A DNA stretch of 63,859 bases. Origin: Bacilli bacterium. GTDB lineage: Bacteria; Bacillota_I; Bacilli_A; RFN20; CAG-826. The stretch spans positions 1 through 63,859 of the forward strand of contig JBAZCS010000002.1 in NCBI GenBank assembly GCA_041654855.1. The letters run 5' to 3'. Below, piece after piece: positions 49,429-59,350 of the stretch. The translations under genes were made by a program, and so were the position numbers. Under the pieces are notes generated by a model. It was given only the letters and a program-made list of their open reading frames with translations. It made no database searches and was not told where the DNA came from. Each line of letters starts with the position of its first letter. Position 1 is the first letter of the stretch.

Positions 49429-50637
49429 TTAAAGACTATCAATAGCCCGTAATTTTGCAACAAGTTCGGCCACTCGTTTTAAAGCTTCATCTTTTGAAAT
49501 TTGTTTACTTAAAAACTCATGAATAATTTTAGCGGTCTCAACAGCACCTTCACTTGTTAGACCCCTAGTTGTTACCGCTGCAAAGCCTAATCTTAAGCCA
49601 GAGGTAGTATTTGGTCGTTCATCATCCTTCGGTAACATGTTTTTATTTGTCGTAATATTAATTGTTTCTAAAAGTGCTTCCGCATCTTTGCCGGTAATCC
49701 CGTAAGATTTTTTTGTGTTTAATAAAAATAAGTGAGTTTCTGTCTTGCTTGCCTCAGCTCCTAACTTTAAAAATGTTTCTGAAGCAGTTTTAGTATTAAT
49801 TATTACCTGTTTGATATATGTTTTAAACTCAGGTTGAAGAGCTTCATAAAAACTTTGCGCCTTTGCACCTATAATGTTTTCAAGCGGACCACCTTGCATT
49901 CCAGGAAAACAGTTAAAATTAACTTTTTTAATTATTTCTTCATCGTTCGTTAGAATAATACCACCACGCGGTCCTCTTAATGTCTTATGAGTCGTTGAAG
50001 TTACGATATCAGCATAAGGAAACGGGCTTGGGTGTGCCCCACCAGCAATTAATCCGGCTATGTGTGCCATATCTACCATGAAATAAGCACCAATTTCTTG
50101 GGCAATACGACCAATAGTCTCAAAATCGATGATAAATGGGTAGGCAGAGAAGCCTGCAAGTATTAATTTAGGCTTAATTTCACGAGCCAATTCATCTAAT
50201 CTTGCATAGTCAATTGTACCATCGTCTTTTAGGTTATAATGGTACACATCGTAGTGTTTTGATGAAAAGTTCACTGGACTACCGTGTGTGAGGTGCCCTC
50301 CTTCGTTCAACGAAAGGGTTAAAATCTTATCGCCTAATTCAAGAAGGCTCGCATACGCAATCATATTTGCACTACTGCCACTGTGCGGTTGAACGTTAGC
50401 GTATTTCGCTCCAAAGATTTCACAAACTAAATCAATCGCCGTTTGTTCAATTTCATCAATATAATGACATCCCCCATAATATCTTTTGCCGGGATATCCT
50501 TCAGCGTATTTGTTTGTAAGTATTGATCCAGCAAAAAAGCGAACTTTTTTACTCGTAAAGTTTTCACTTGCAATGAGTTCTAGGCCTTCATTTTGCCTTT
50601 TTGTTTCTAAATTTACTAAATTTAACAATTTTTCCAT
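49429..50637 (-). CDS. glyA: serine hydroxymethyltransferase
   Basis: 402-aa ORF with LIASENF and PLP-lysine region TTHKTLRGPRGG. Confidence 0.96.
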   Translation of the reverse strand: MEKLLNLVNLETKRQNEGLELIASENFTSKKVRFFAGSILTNKYAEGYPGKRYYGGCHYIDEIEQTAIDLVCEIFGAKYANVQPHSGSSANMIAYASLLELGDKILTLSLNEGGHLTHGSPVNFSSKHYDVYHYNLKDDGTIDYARLDELAREIKPKLILAGFSAYPFIIDFETIGRIAQEIGAYFMVDMAHIAGLIAGGAHPSPFPYADIVTSTTHKTLRGPRGGIILTNDEEIIKKVNFNCFPGMQGGPLENIIGAKAQSFYEALQPEFKTYIKQVIINTKTASETFLKLGAEASKTETHLFLLNTKKSYGITGKDAEALLETINITTNKNMLPKDDERPNTTSGLRLGFAAVTTRGLTSEGAVETAKIIHEFLSKQISKDEALKRVAELVAKLRAIDSL

Positions 50638-50696
50638 ATATAGCGTCTCCTATTCTTATAAATTATAGACTAATTTATGTCTTTCGTGGGTCTTAA

Positions 50697-50725
50697 TTGA
50701 CTTTTGTTAATTATTTCGTGAAAAT
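50697..50725 (+). promoter_or_regulatory. promoter TTGACT-17 nt-GAAAAT ending 6 nt before the ATG at 50732; candidate leaderless promoter
   Basis: Sequence reads TTGACTtttgttaattatttcgtGAAAATgaatacATG, with no SD. Confidence 0.45.
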
Positions 50726-50731
50726 GAATAC

Positions 50732-51469
50732 ATGCATAAAACCGCACACCCTATATTTAATGTAGCGCTTGCACATAGAGGACTCCATAATGAGCATATT
50801 GATGAAAACTCAATGCAGGCTTTTGAAAATGCTGTAAAACATGGTTATGGCATTGAATTAGACGTTCACGCAACAATTGATAACAAGGTTGTCGTCATGC
50901 ATGATTTATCAACACTTCGCACTACTGGAGTCGATATTGACGTTACTAAAGCAACATATGATGAATTATTGGCATTAGATTTACTTCTCACAAAGACCAA
51001 AATACCGTTATTAGATGATGTTTTGGCCATGGTTGACGGTAAAGTGCCGGTAATGATCGAAATAAAAGCTGAAAATAGTGTTCCTGATAATCTTGTGCCT
51101 GCTGTATTAGCCATTGTTAACAAATATAAGCATCATGGGAACATTGCCGTTCAAGCTTTCAACCCTTATGTCGTAAAAAGCCTTCGAAAATCTAAAACTG
51201 GCGTACCTGTGGGACAATTAATGAGTGATTCACTACCCGGACAATCTAAAATGGTCCACTTCATGTATCGCACGCTTCTTGTGCTTTTGATTTCAAAACC
51301 CGACTTTTTCAATTATGACGTAGAATATATAGGTAAGAAAAGAATTCAAAGGCGACGCAAGAAGATTCCACTTATTACGTGGACGATAGACACATATGAA
51401 AAATACGAATACGCTCAAAAATATGCGGATAACTGTATATTTGAATCTATAGACATTAAAAAGGAGTAA
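50732..51469 (+). CDS. glpQ: glycerophosphodiester phosphodiesterase
   Basis: 245-aa ORF with the GDPD motifs AHRG and ELDVH. Confidence 0.85.
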   Translation: MHKTAHPIFNVALAHRGLHNEHIDENSMQAFENAVKHGYGIELDVHATIDNKVVVMHDLSTLRTTGVDIDVTKATYDELLALDLLLTKTKIPLLDDVLAMVDGKVPVMIEIKAENSVPDNLVPAVLAIVNKYKHHGNIAVQAFNPYVVKSLRKSKTGVPVGQLMSDSLPGQSKMVHFMYRTLLVLLISKPDFFNYDVEYIGKKRIQRRRKKIPLITWTIDTYEKYEYAQKYADNCIFESIDIKKE

Positions 51470-51474
51470 TTATT

Positions 51475-52995
51475 ATGAATTTGAAACTTAATAACAAACG
51501 CACATACCTGGTCGGTTTCGCGTTTATGTCAATTATGCTCTTCTGGACAATATACGATATGTTAATTGCGAAGATGTTAGTTGATAATTTTGGCTTAAAC
51601 CAAACATGGTCAGGTGTTGTAATGGCTCTTGATAACATTTTAGCGCTCTTCATGCTTCCACTATTTGGACGCTTGAGCGACCGCACTAAAACAAAATGGG
51701 GTAAAAGAACACCTTACATTGTAATTGGTACTATTGTTGCTGCTCTTTTATTTGTGGGAGTTGCATTCTTTGACCTTTATCAACAATTAGCAGTAACAAA
51801 GCATGGCTTTGGACCAATTACCGAAGTTATGATTGGCGATCGTACTTCTTATCAATACCTATTTAATGGGACTCCAATTGTTCATGCCGATAATATTTAT
51901 GTCAAATCATACTTGGCTACTGATCGTGCAAAACACATTTTTGAGGTCGTAACCTCGCAAAACCCAGGTTTATTGATTGGTTTTATCGTTGTTCTGTTCT
52001 TTGTTTTATTTGCTATGGGCATCTATCGTAGTCCAGCTGTTAGCTTAATGCCTGACATTACACCAAAGCCACTTCGTAGTAAAGCAAATGCAATAATTAA
52101 CTTATTAGGCACTGTCGGTGGCGGTATTTCATACTTATTAGTAGCCTTCCTGGCATCAGGGGCGATATTAGAAAAAACTGGTTATGTAACGATATTTGCG
52201 GTCACAGGTATTTTAATGATTGCTTTAATCGCTATCTTTGTCTTCACGGTTAAGGAAAACAAATGGGTTGAAGAGATGATTGCAATTACAAATGAATATA
52301 ATCTTGATTCATTACAAATTGATGAAGAAGGAACGGATGTTCAACAATATAGTGATGACGAAAAAATGCCAAAAGATGTTCGTAAATCATTTATTCTAAT
52401 TTTAGCGGCCGTTGTTTTATGGTTCATGGGTTATAATGCGGCGACCTCTAAGTTCTCCGTTTATGCCTTTAATCACTTAGGAATGGAATCATTTAGTCTT
52501 CCCCCACTCGTCGCAACCTTAACCGCTACAATCGCCTTTATTCCTATTGGCATTATTTCACAAAAGATTGGCCGTAGAAAAATGATCTTAGTGGGCATTA
52601 CTATTCTTACAATTTCCCTTGCTGTTGCAACCTTTATTACCGCAGAAACAAAATTCTTAATGTTTGTCATTATGGCACTTGTTGGTATTAGCTGGGCAAC
52701 TATTAATGTTAATAGTTATCCAATGGTCGTGGAAATGTCTAAACACGGAAATATAGGCGTATATACGGGTTATTATTATACCGCAAGCATGAGTGCGATG
52801 ATTGTTACACCAATTCTTTCTGGAAAAATAATGGATTTACTTGGTTATTCTTCATTGTTTGTATATAGTGCAATATTCTTAGGTTTAGCGTTTATTCCAA
52901 TGTTCTTTGTTAAGCATGGTGAACCTGTGCACACTGAAGCAATACCCGAAAAGACTGAAGAGGCGCCAAAGTCTGACGATGAAAGTAACCTTTAA
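51475..52995 (+). CDS. MFS-type transporter (GPH/SLC45-like)
   Basis: 506-aa ORF with 12 TM helices and a long central loop. FGRLSDRTKTKWGKRTPYIVIG is typical of the GPH-like branch. Confidence 0.75.
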   Translation: MNLKLNNKRTYLVGFAFMSIMLFWTIYDMLIAKMLVDNFGLNQTWSGVVMALDNILALFMLPLFGRLSDRTKTKWGKRTPYIVIGTIVAALLFVGVAFFDLYQQLAVTKHGFGPITEVMIGDRTSYQYLFNGTPIVHADNIYVKSYLATDRAKHIFEVVTSQNPGLLIGFIVVLFFVLFAMGIYRSPAVSLMPDITPKPLRSKANAIINLLGTVGGGISYLLVAFLASGAILEKTGYVTIFAVTGILMIALIAIFVFTVKENKWVEEMIAITNEYNLDSLQIDEEGTDVQQYSDDEKMPKDVRKSFILILAAVVLWFMGYNAATSKFSVYAFNHLGMESFSLPPLVATLTATIAFIPIGIISQKIGRRKMILVGITILTISLAVATFITAETKFLMFVIMALVGISWATINVNSYPMVVEMSKHGNIGVYTGYYYTASMSAMIVTPILSGKIMDLLGYSSLFVYSAIFLGLAFIPMFFVKHGEPVHTEAIPEKTEEAPKSDDESNL

Positions 52996-53764
52996 ACAAC
53001 ATAAAAAATTATTCTTATTGGATCAAGATGGGACCCTTTACAAAGGGAAACATCTTTTTCCATATTCAGTAAAGTTTCTTGAACAAATAAAGGCCAGTGG
53101 CGCTAAGTATCTTTTCATTACCAATAATTCATCTAAAAGCACAAATGAGTATGTCGCTAAGATGAATAAGTTTGGTATTAAAGCGACTGCAGAAGACTTT
53201 TATACATCATCCCATGCAACGATGGATTATATTAAACTCCACCACAAAGGGAAAAAGGTCTTTTTAGTGGGAACTATGGCACTCTCCGGGGAGTTTTTAG
53301 AAAATGGCATCAATTTAACCGAAAATATCGATGAGGTAGAAGTTGCTGTATTAAGTTACGATACAGAACTAAATTATGAGAAACTAACGGCACTGTGCCA
53401 TATCTTGGCAAAACCTGACGTTGTGTACTTAGCAACTAATCCAGACCTCGTTTGCCCTACAGAAACTGGATATTTGCCTGACTGTGGCAGTTTTGCCATA
53501 CTTATCTATAATGCAACTGGTCGAAATCCACTCTTTCTAGGTAAGCCACGCAAACTTTTTGTGGAAACAATCTTGCAACGGTTCAATTTGCGCCCAGAAG
53601 ACATGGTCATTGTCGGTGACCGTTTATATACAGATATTGCCCTTGGTAATAACGCAGGTGTTGACACAATTTTGGTGCTTTCTGGTGAGGCATCCTTAAA
53701 AGATTTAAAAGATAGCCCGAATAAACCAACGTTTGTTGTTGAAAATGTGGGGGAGATTTTTTAA
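52979..53764 (+). CDS. HAD-IIA phosphatase (NagD/YutF-like)
   Basis: The start is moved to the ATG at 52979 (MKVTFKQHKKLFLLDQDGTLY); the track start is a TTG inside the MFS gene. Motifs are DQDGT, TNNSS and GDRLYTDI. Confidence 0.8.
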   Translation: MKVTFKQHKKLFLLDQDGTLYKGKHLFPYSVKFLEQIKASGAKYLFITNNSSKSTNEYVAKMNKFGIKATAEDFYTSSHATMDYIKLHHKGKKVFLVGTMALSGEFLENGINLTENIDEVEVAVLSYDTELNYEKLTALCHILAKPDVVYLATNPDLVCPTETGYLPDCGSFAILIYNATGRNPLFLGKPRKLFVETILQRFNLRPEDMVIVGDRLYTDIALGNNAGVDTILVLSGEASLKDLKDSPNKPTFVVENVGEIF

Positions 53765-53786
53765 AGTAAACTATTTCTATTTAATT

Positions 53787-53804
53787 AAGGCTACGGCCTT
53801 TTTT
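53787..53804 (+). terminator. weak intrinsic terminator after the HAD gene
   Basis: AAGGC-tacg-GCCTT followed by TTTT. The stem is only 5 bp. Confidence 0.4.
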
Positions 53805-53834
53805 AATATAACTATCAAATATCATTTGAATTAA

Positions 53835-53843
53835 TGATATAAT
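53835..53843 (+). promoter_or_regulatory. extended -10 box TGaTATAAT of the permease/mevalonate operon
   Basis: It lies 23 nt upstream of the ATG at 53867, with SD GAGGA in between. Confidence 0.55.
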
Positions 53844-53866
53844 ATGCACTCAAGCGAGGATTCATT

Positions 53867-54151
53867 ATGAAAAAGAAAAAAACGATGGTTAGTCTGTGGG
53901 GAGATCATATAGTAATCTCTTCCCTTTTTATTGGACTTGCAATTAGTCTATTATTTGTTGCGATTACATTTGGAACGATCGAACTTTTAGCGCTTTATTA
54001 TTCTAGTGTCGCAAGTAATAAGAAAGACTTAATATATGGCTTTGGAACATTAGCAGTGCTAGTTGCGTTTATTATTAATAATTTATGGATTAAACCGCAA
54101 CGAAACATTATCGCTAAGGCTGAACCTACAGATAGCGAGGATAAAGAATAG
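53867..54151 (+). CDS. small two-TM membrane protein, unknown function
   Basis: 94-aa ORF with SD GAGGA, two hydrophobic helices and an acidic C-terminus. Confidence 0.6.
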   Translation: MKKKKTMVSLWGDHIVISSLFIGLAISLLFVAITFGTIELLALYYSSVASNKKDLIYGFGTLAVLVAFIINNLWIKPQRNIIAKAEPTDSEDKE

Positions 54152-54153
54152 TT

Positions 54154-55560
54154 ATGGTTATTACTTTTTCCTTAATCTTACAAATGGTCGGTATTGCATT
54201 ATTAATGACCATTTTATATGTCATTATCGGTATTATTCCTGGCACTGACGAAACAAGTGTCATGGTTCCAATGACGGTTATTCTCGTTTCACTAAAAGTG
54301 AATCCCCTACTTATTATGTCGGCCTTTATTGCTGCGGTTGTTACATTAAACATTACTGACTCAATACCAACAGCCATTACTTCAATACCCGGTGGGGTTA
54401 TGTCGACGCCGCTTGTCGGCCATAGTCAAACTTTAAAAAAGCATGGCTATACATCCTATAGCGTGCAATGGATGATGATTGGATCATTAATTGGTGTTCT
54501 TATCAGTTTACCGATTGCGCTTGCTTTTTGGGGCATTTTTGAGTTTCTTTCGGTACAAACGGGTCTTCAAATAAGTAATTTCATTAAACAATACAATGAA
54601 TATATCTTCCTTGGTGGTGCGGTATTAATGAGTATGACCAGTAAACACAAATGGGTTGGACTTTTAACAATCATTCCCTTTGGGTTTGCAACTGCTTTTT
54701 TACGTAATCCGAATCTAGTCATAGACAACACTTTATTAAACTTCCTTGTTGCAGGTCGTAAACTATCAATGACGCCATTCTTTTTAAGTATTACAACTGG
54801 ACCTTTAGTCTATGGTCTTTTTGAATTATTATTCCCTTCAGTCTTCCACAAACAAAAAGTTGAAGGTAAAATGACTGTTTTATTAGAACAGGATGTTAAA
54901 AAAGTGAGGACTGGTTCGAAAAAAGTGGTGCAGAAAACCGCGATTTCCAGTGCTTTAGGTAGTTTGCTCTTTTTCCTTTCGCCGGTTGGAGTGACAATGA
55001 TGCTTGGCGAATTTGCTGTGCGTGATGAAAAAGACGAGGTCCAACAAGCTATTCAAGGCGTTTCTGTCGTAAATGGCTTATCTAGTGCGACATATTTAGC
55101 TGGTATTCTTATTTCTTTATTTGTCTTCGCCTTCCCGATTTCTCCTGCCGCCCTTGGCCCTGGATCAATAATCTTTAATAGTGGCGCTAATGGCGTGGAT
55201 GGGACATTTATTAAATTTGGAAACTCGGGGTTAACTATTGATAAGGCCACACTTTTAGTGCCAATATTAATTGGTTTAGTAATCGGTGTTTCGCTTTCGG
55301 TATTTCTAGGTATGAAATATTCACGTAAAATGACCGAATTAGTGTTTAAATATATCGCCCAAGAAACGGTATTAATATTCTTATTTTCGATTATTGCGCT
55401 TTTATCATTTGCTGAAGCAGGATTATACGGCTTAATTATTGTTGTTGGTGTCGGTCTATTTAGTGGATGGTTAAATAAAAAAGGAGCGGGATACGGTGTT
55501 CAATTTATGGCCCTTTACGCTGGTGGGTTATTTATTAAACTAATTCACGCATTATTCTAG
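54154..55560 (+). CDS. polytopic permease, TctA/DUF112-like
   Basis: 468-aa ORF with about 11-12 TM helices. The N-terminal third has IGIIPGTDETSVMVPMT and ITDSIPTAITSIPGGVMSTPLVGHSQTLKKHGY, resembling the TctA pattern. Confidence 0.55.
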   Translation: MVITFSLILQMVGIALLMTILYVIIGIIPGTDETSVMVPMTVILVSLKVNPLLIMSAFIAAVVTLNITDSIPTAITSIPGGVMSTPLVGHSQTLKKHGYTSYSVQWMMIGSLIGVLISLPIALAFWGIFEFLSVQTGLQISNFIKQYNEYIFLGGAVLMSMTSKHKWVGLLTIIPFGFATAFLRNPNLVIDNTLLNFLVAGRKLSMTPFFLSITTGPLVYGLFELLFPSVFHKQKVEGKMTVLLEQDVKKVRTGSKKVVQKTAISSALGSLLFFLSPVGVTMMLGEFAVRDEKDEVQQAIQGVSVVNGLSSATYLAGILISLFVFAFPISPAALGPGSIIFNSGANGVDGTFIKFGNSGLTIDKATLLVPILIGLVIGVSLSVFLGMKYSRKMTELVFKYIAQETVLIFLFSIIALLSFAEAGLYGLIIVVGVGLFSGWLNKKGAGYGVQFMALYAGGLFIKLIHALF

Positions 55561-55569
55561 GTATTTATT

Positions 55570-56463
55570 ATGGACGGATATGGTTTAGCGAAAATAATCT
55601 TAATTGGTGAACATTCTGTAGTGTATGGCCATCCGGCGATTGCCATTCCTTTCTACGCTTTGCGCAGTGAAGTTGTTTTAGTGGAACACAATAAGTTTGT
55701 GTTTGACACTAAATACTATGAAGGGCCAATTGAAAATGCGGTTTTTGAGTTACGTGGTCTTGTAGCGTTAATTAATGAATTACGTACTCGTTATAAAGAT
55801 ATAACACCAGTAATAATAAGTATTAGATCAAACTTACCAGAGAAAAGTGGGCTTGGCTCTAGCGCAAGTGTCGCTAAAGCTTTAATTGATGCTTTTAATA
55901 ATTATTTTAAACTTAACTTAACAAAAACCGATTATTTTGAGTTATTAAAGATTTCTGAAAACATTTATCACCATAAGGCAAGTGGGATTGATGCCTCAAC
56001 GATTGTGTATGAAAAACCAATTGTATATCAGGCTCCACATATTACGCCGATAAAAATTAATATTGAAGGTTTTCTCGTGGCGTTTTATTCAAATACAAAT
56101 AGCGCTACTAAAGATGCGGTTGCCCATGTAAGCACCCATCCTCATCGTGATATTCATATTAATGGCCTTGGGGCTTTAACCGCAAATGCGAAGTGGGCAC
56201 TTGAAAATAATAATATTTTTCTTTTAGCGGAAATGTTTAACGCTAGTCATGAACATTTAAGAGCGCTCGGTATTTCAACCCCTGAACTCGAGACATTGCG
56301 AAAACTTATTCTTGATACTGGTGCACTGGGCGTTAAAATTACCGGTGGAGGAATGGGGGGTTGCCTCATTGCCCTCTATAAAGATGAACAAAAAGCACGC
56401 CAAGGGCAACTAACTCTTGAAAATTACCCTTCATGGGTGGTAAACTTAAATAAGTTATTATGA
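55570..56463 (+). CDS. mvk: mevalonate kinase
   Basis: 297-aa GHMP kinase with KIILIGEHSVVYG, GLGSSASV and KITGGGMGGC. Confidence 0.9.
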   Translation: MDGYGLAKIILIGEHSVVYGHPAIAIPFYALRSEVVLVEHNKFVFDTKYYEGPIENAVFELRGLVALINELRTRYKDITPVIISIRSNLPEKSGLGSSASVAKALIDAFNNYFKLNLTKTDYFELLKISENIYHHKASGIDASTIVYEKPIVYQAPHITPIKINIEGFLVAFYSNTNSATKDAVAHVSTHPHRDIHINGLGALTANAKWALENNNIFLLAEMFNASHEHLRALGISTPELETLRKLILDTGALGVKITGGGMGGCLIALYKDEQKARQGQLTLENYPSWVVNLNKLL

Positions 56464-57413
56464 AGTTTAAACGCGCTAATGTAAATATTGCTTTGCTCAA
56501 ATACTGGGGCAAGAAAGATCAAAAGTTAAATCTGCCGTACCAAACGAGTGTCTCGGTTACTGCAGACTTATTTTACACTCGGACGAATGTTACATTAGAT
56601 AAAAACCTTAAAAAAGATAAAGTTATCCTAGATGATAAAGAATTGACCGGCTTACAATATACTCGGGTTGTTCACCATTTAAATACAATGCGTGAATATT
56701 TTAAACGGGATGAACATTGCGTTGTTACTTCTATTAACAATGTTTTTATTCGTGCTGGGTACGCAAGTAGCGCTAGTGGCTTTGCCGCATTAACCGCTGC
56801 TTATATCGATGCAATTGGTGCTAAGGTTTCCGCAAAAGAAATGTCTTGTCTTGCTCGCCTTGGTAGTGGAAGTGCCACAAGATCAATTCATGGCGGATTT
56901 GTCGTATGGCATCAAGGTGAGAGCCACGAAACAAGCTTTGCTGAGCAAATACCAATTGATTGGCCTGAATTTAGAATGTTATTTACGATTATTGATTCTG
57001 GCGCGAAAAGAATATCAAGTCGAATTGGAATGCAAATTACCGTTGAAAAGGCACCATCATACGATATATATGTACGTGAAAGTAACGCCTTAGTCGAGCC
57101 AATGATTGAAGGGCTTAAAAAATATGAAATTGATACCGTGGGACGTATTGCGGAACGAAGTGCCGAATTAATGCGTAATGTAATGCTTGAAGCTGGCATT
57201 GAATATCATACCCCGACGACCCAAAAACTTATTCAAAAGGTGCGTTCAATGCGTTCAAAGCATCGCATTCCCGTCTTTTATACTTTTGATGCGGGACCAA
57301 ACTTAATTATATTAACGCTTGAAAAACACGTTGAACAAATTATAAAACTCTTACCTGACGTCAAAATCCAAGTGAGTGGTGTCGGCGGAGGGATTAGCGA
57401 TGCGGATTTATGA
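56460..57413 (+). CDS. mvaD: diphosphomevalonate decarboxylase
   Basis: 317-aa ORF with NIALLKYWGKKD, ASSASGFAAL, GSGSATRS and TFDAGPN. Confidence 0.92.
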   Translation: MKFKRANVNIALLKYWGKKDQKLNLPYQTSVSVTADLFYTRTNVTLDKNLKKDKVILDDKELTGLQYTRVVHHLNTMREYFKRDEHCVVTSINNVFIRAGYASSASGFAALTAAYIDAIGAKVSAKEMSCLARLGSGSATRSIHGGFVVWHQGESHETSFAEQIPIDWPEFRMLFTIIDSGAKRISSRIGMQITVEKAPSYDIYVRESNALVEPMIEGLKKYEIDTVGRIAERSAELMRNVMLEAGIEYHTPTTQKLIQKVRSMRSKHRIPVFYTFDAGPNLIILTLEKHVEQIIKLLPDVKIQVSGVGGGISDADL

Positions 57414-58374
57414 AAAAGTTCCCGGTAAACTTTATATTATTGGTGAATATAATGTTTTAAAAAGTGGCCACGGCGCGATAGTTGCCCCGGTCAATCTTTT
57501 TTTACAAGGCGCACTTACCCCAAATCATAAAACAACAATTATCGAAGATGGCGTATACCATCCATATTTAGATATATTAAATGATTGTCCCCAACAATTA
57601 AAAAACACCGTTGCGGCCATCACTTTTTTTAATGAATATTTAGCGCTTAAAAACATTCCCGTTGTTCATTATGAATATAACATTGAAAATAATTTAATAA
57701 GTGATGAACAAATTAAGTATGGGCTTGGTTCAAGTGCGGCGAGCATTGTTTTAACAATCAAATTATTAAATCGTCTTTATAAAACAAACCTTTCACCGAT
57801 GGTGCAATTTAAAATGGCCGTCTTAATTCAACGAAGACTTGGTATTTTAAGTTCAGGGGGCGATATTGCGTGCACTATTTTTGATATGCCTTTATTTTAC
57901 GCTCGTTATGATGTCGATTGGCTATTAAATGAAGAAAGGACATTTGAACTTTTAGAAACAGAGTGGCCCCTTTTACAAATTAAATTACTAACAAAAATTC
58001 CCAATTTTATCGTTGGTTGGACGAAGGAAAGTTTTATACCGGACACAAACGGGGAAATTAGTCCATCTTTTTTTGAAAAGGCTTCGCGTCTTGTTAATAA
58101 TTATTTATCTACATATGATGACATTTATATCGCACAATACCAAACTTTACTTGAAGAATTAAGTATGACCAAAAAAGGATTAGTAACTCCAAAATTAAAA
58201 ACTTTAGTCGAGGCAGCAAAAAAAGTTAATATTGTCGCGAAAATATCGGGGGCGGGATACGGAGATTGCGGTATTGCGCAAATAAAAAATGATGACCAAA
58301 TAATAACTTTAACAAAAGTGTGGGAAAATGAAGGTATCAAGGTATTAGACATATGGAGGAAGGATAATGAGTAA
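57400..58374 (+). CDS. mvaK2: phosphomevalonate kinase
   Basis: The start is set at the ATG at 57400 (MRIYEKVPGKLYIIGEY) with GGAGGG upstream. It has the GHMP motif GLGSSAAS. Confidence 0.88.
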   Translation: MRIYEKVPGKLYIIGEYNVLKSGHGAIVAPVNLFLQGALTPNHKTTIIEDGVYHPYLDILNDCPQQLKNTVAAITFFNEYLALKNIPVVHYEYNIENNLISDEQIKYGLGSSAASIVLTIKLLNRLYKTNLSPMVQFKMAVLIQRRLGILSSGGDIACTIFDMPLFYARYDVDWLLNEERTFELLETEWPLLQIKLLTKIPNFIVGWTKESFIPDTNGEISPSFFEKASRLVNNYLSTYDDIYIAQYQTLLEELSMTKKGLVTPKLKTLVEAAKKVNIVAKISGAGYGDCGIAQIKNDDQIITLTKVWENEGIKVLDIWRKDNE

Positions 58375-59350
58375 AGGTCGCAAAGATGATCATATAAAAC
58401 TTGCAAAAAAACAAGAACTTCTGGATAATGATTTTGCTAAAATTCGCCTTATTCACCATAGTGTGCCTTCTTTAAGCATTGATGACATTGATTTAAAAAC
58501 AATGTATTTAGGCCATACTTTTAACTATCCTTTTTATATAAATGCGATGACAGGCGGTAATAATGATGGTAATATTATTAACCTTAAATTAGCAAAGATT
58601 GCGTCTTTATATAATATTCCCTTCTTTGTCGGTTCGCAAAGTCTAGCGTTTAAAGAAAGTGGCGTTAAAGAACAATATATTACCTTACGTGAGGCTTTTC
58701 CCCACATTTTCATTGTTGCAAATGTAAATCCTAACTTTTCATTAAAGATGGCCAAAGACGCAATAAGTATGCTTAAGGCCAACGCTCTTGCAATCCACGT
58801 TAATAGTATTCAAGAGTTAGTGATGGCGGAAGGGGACCGTGACTTTAGTAAGTGGCTTACAAACATTGAGGCAATAGTAAAAGGAGTTGACGTTCCTGTT
58901 ATTGTTAAAGAAGTTGGTTACGGTATGCACTTACAAACGATTGAAGCTTTAATTAATATTGGAGTTAAATATATTGATTTAAGTGGTAAAGGGGGGACGA
59001 ACTTTACGCATATTGAAAGTGCGCGTAAAGGAGAGAAAGATTCTCCGTTTAAAGATTTTGGTTTAAGTGCGGTCGAAAGTTTATTAATTGCCCCGCAGCA
59101 AGCTGATGTTACTTACTTTGCAAGTGGCGGAGTTCGTAATGGGGTAGATATCGTAAAAGCCCTAGCCCTTAACGCCCAAGCAGTTGGGATGGCGCGTTAT
59201 TTCCTTGATTTAAGCGACTTACCACTTGAAGTGATAAAAGAGAAACTTGATTCCTTAATAGATGATATTAAAAAAACTCTTGTGCTCCTTAATGTAAAAA
59301 CACCACAAGAGGTAAATAGAAATCATATCTTTATATCGCCCTTACTCTAA
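58367..59350 (+). CDS. fni: type 2 (FMN-dependent) isopentenyl-diphosphate isomerase
   Basis: 327-aa ORF with MTGG, KEVGYG, SGKGGTNF and ASGGVRNG. Confidence 0.92.
   Translation: MSKGRKDDHIKLAKKQELLDNDFAKIRLIHHSVPSLSIDDIDLKTMYLGHTFNYPFYINAMTGGNNDGNIINLKLAKIASLYNIPFFVGSQSLAFKESGVKEQYITLREAFPHIFIVANVNPNFSLKMAKDAISMLKANALAIHVNSIQELVMAEGDRDFSKWLTNIEAIVKGVDVPVIVKEVGYGMHLQTIEALINIGVKYIDLSGKGGTNFTHIESARKGEKDSPFKDFGLSAVESLLIAPQQADVTYFASGGVRNGVDIVKALALNAQAVGMARYFLDLSDLPLEVIKEKLDSLIDDIKKTLVLLNVKTPQEVNRNHIFISPLL

Noticed and set aside
52907-52978. Upstream part of the HAD ORF as given in the track
   Set aside because: It begins at a TTG inside the MFS gene. The conserved HAD N-terminus (LFLLDQDGTLY) is reached from the ATG at 52979.
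56809-57199. Nested ORFs (94 aa on the plus strand, 95 aa on the minus strand) inside mvaD
   Set aside because: They are alternate-frame or antisense ORFs within a well-conserved enzyme gene, with no translation signals. The same reasoning applies to the ORFs nested in tgt, gatA, gatB, ligA, pcrA, asnS, the flippase, the MFS genes and the permease.
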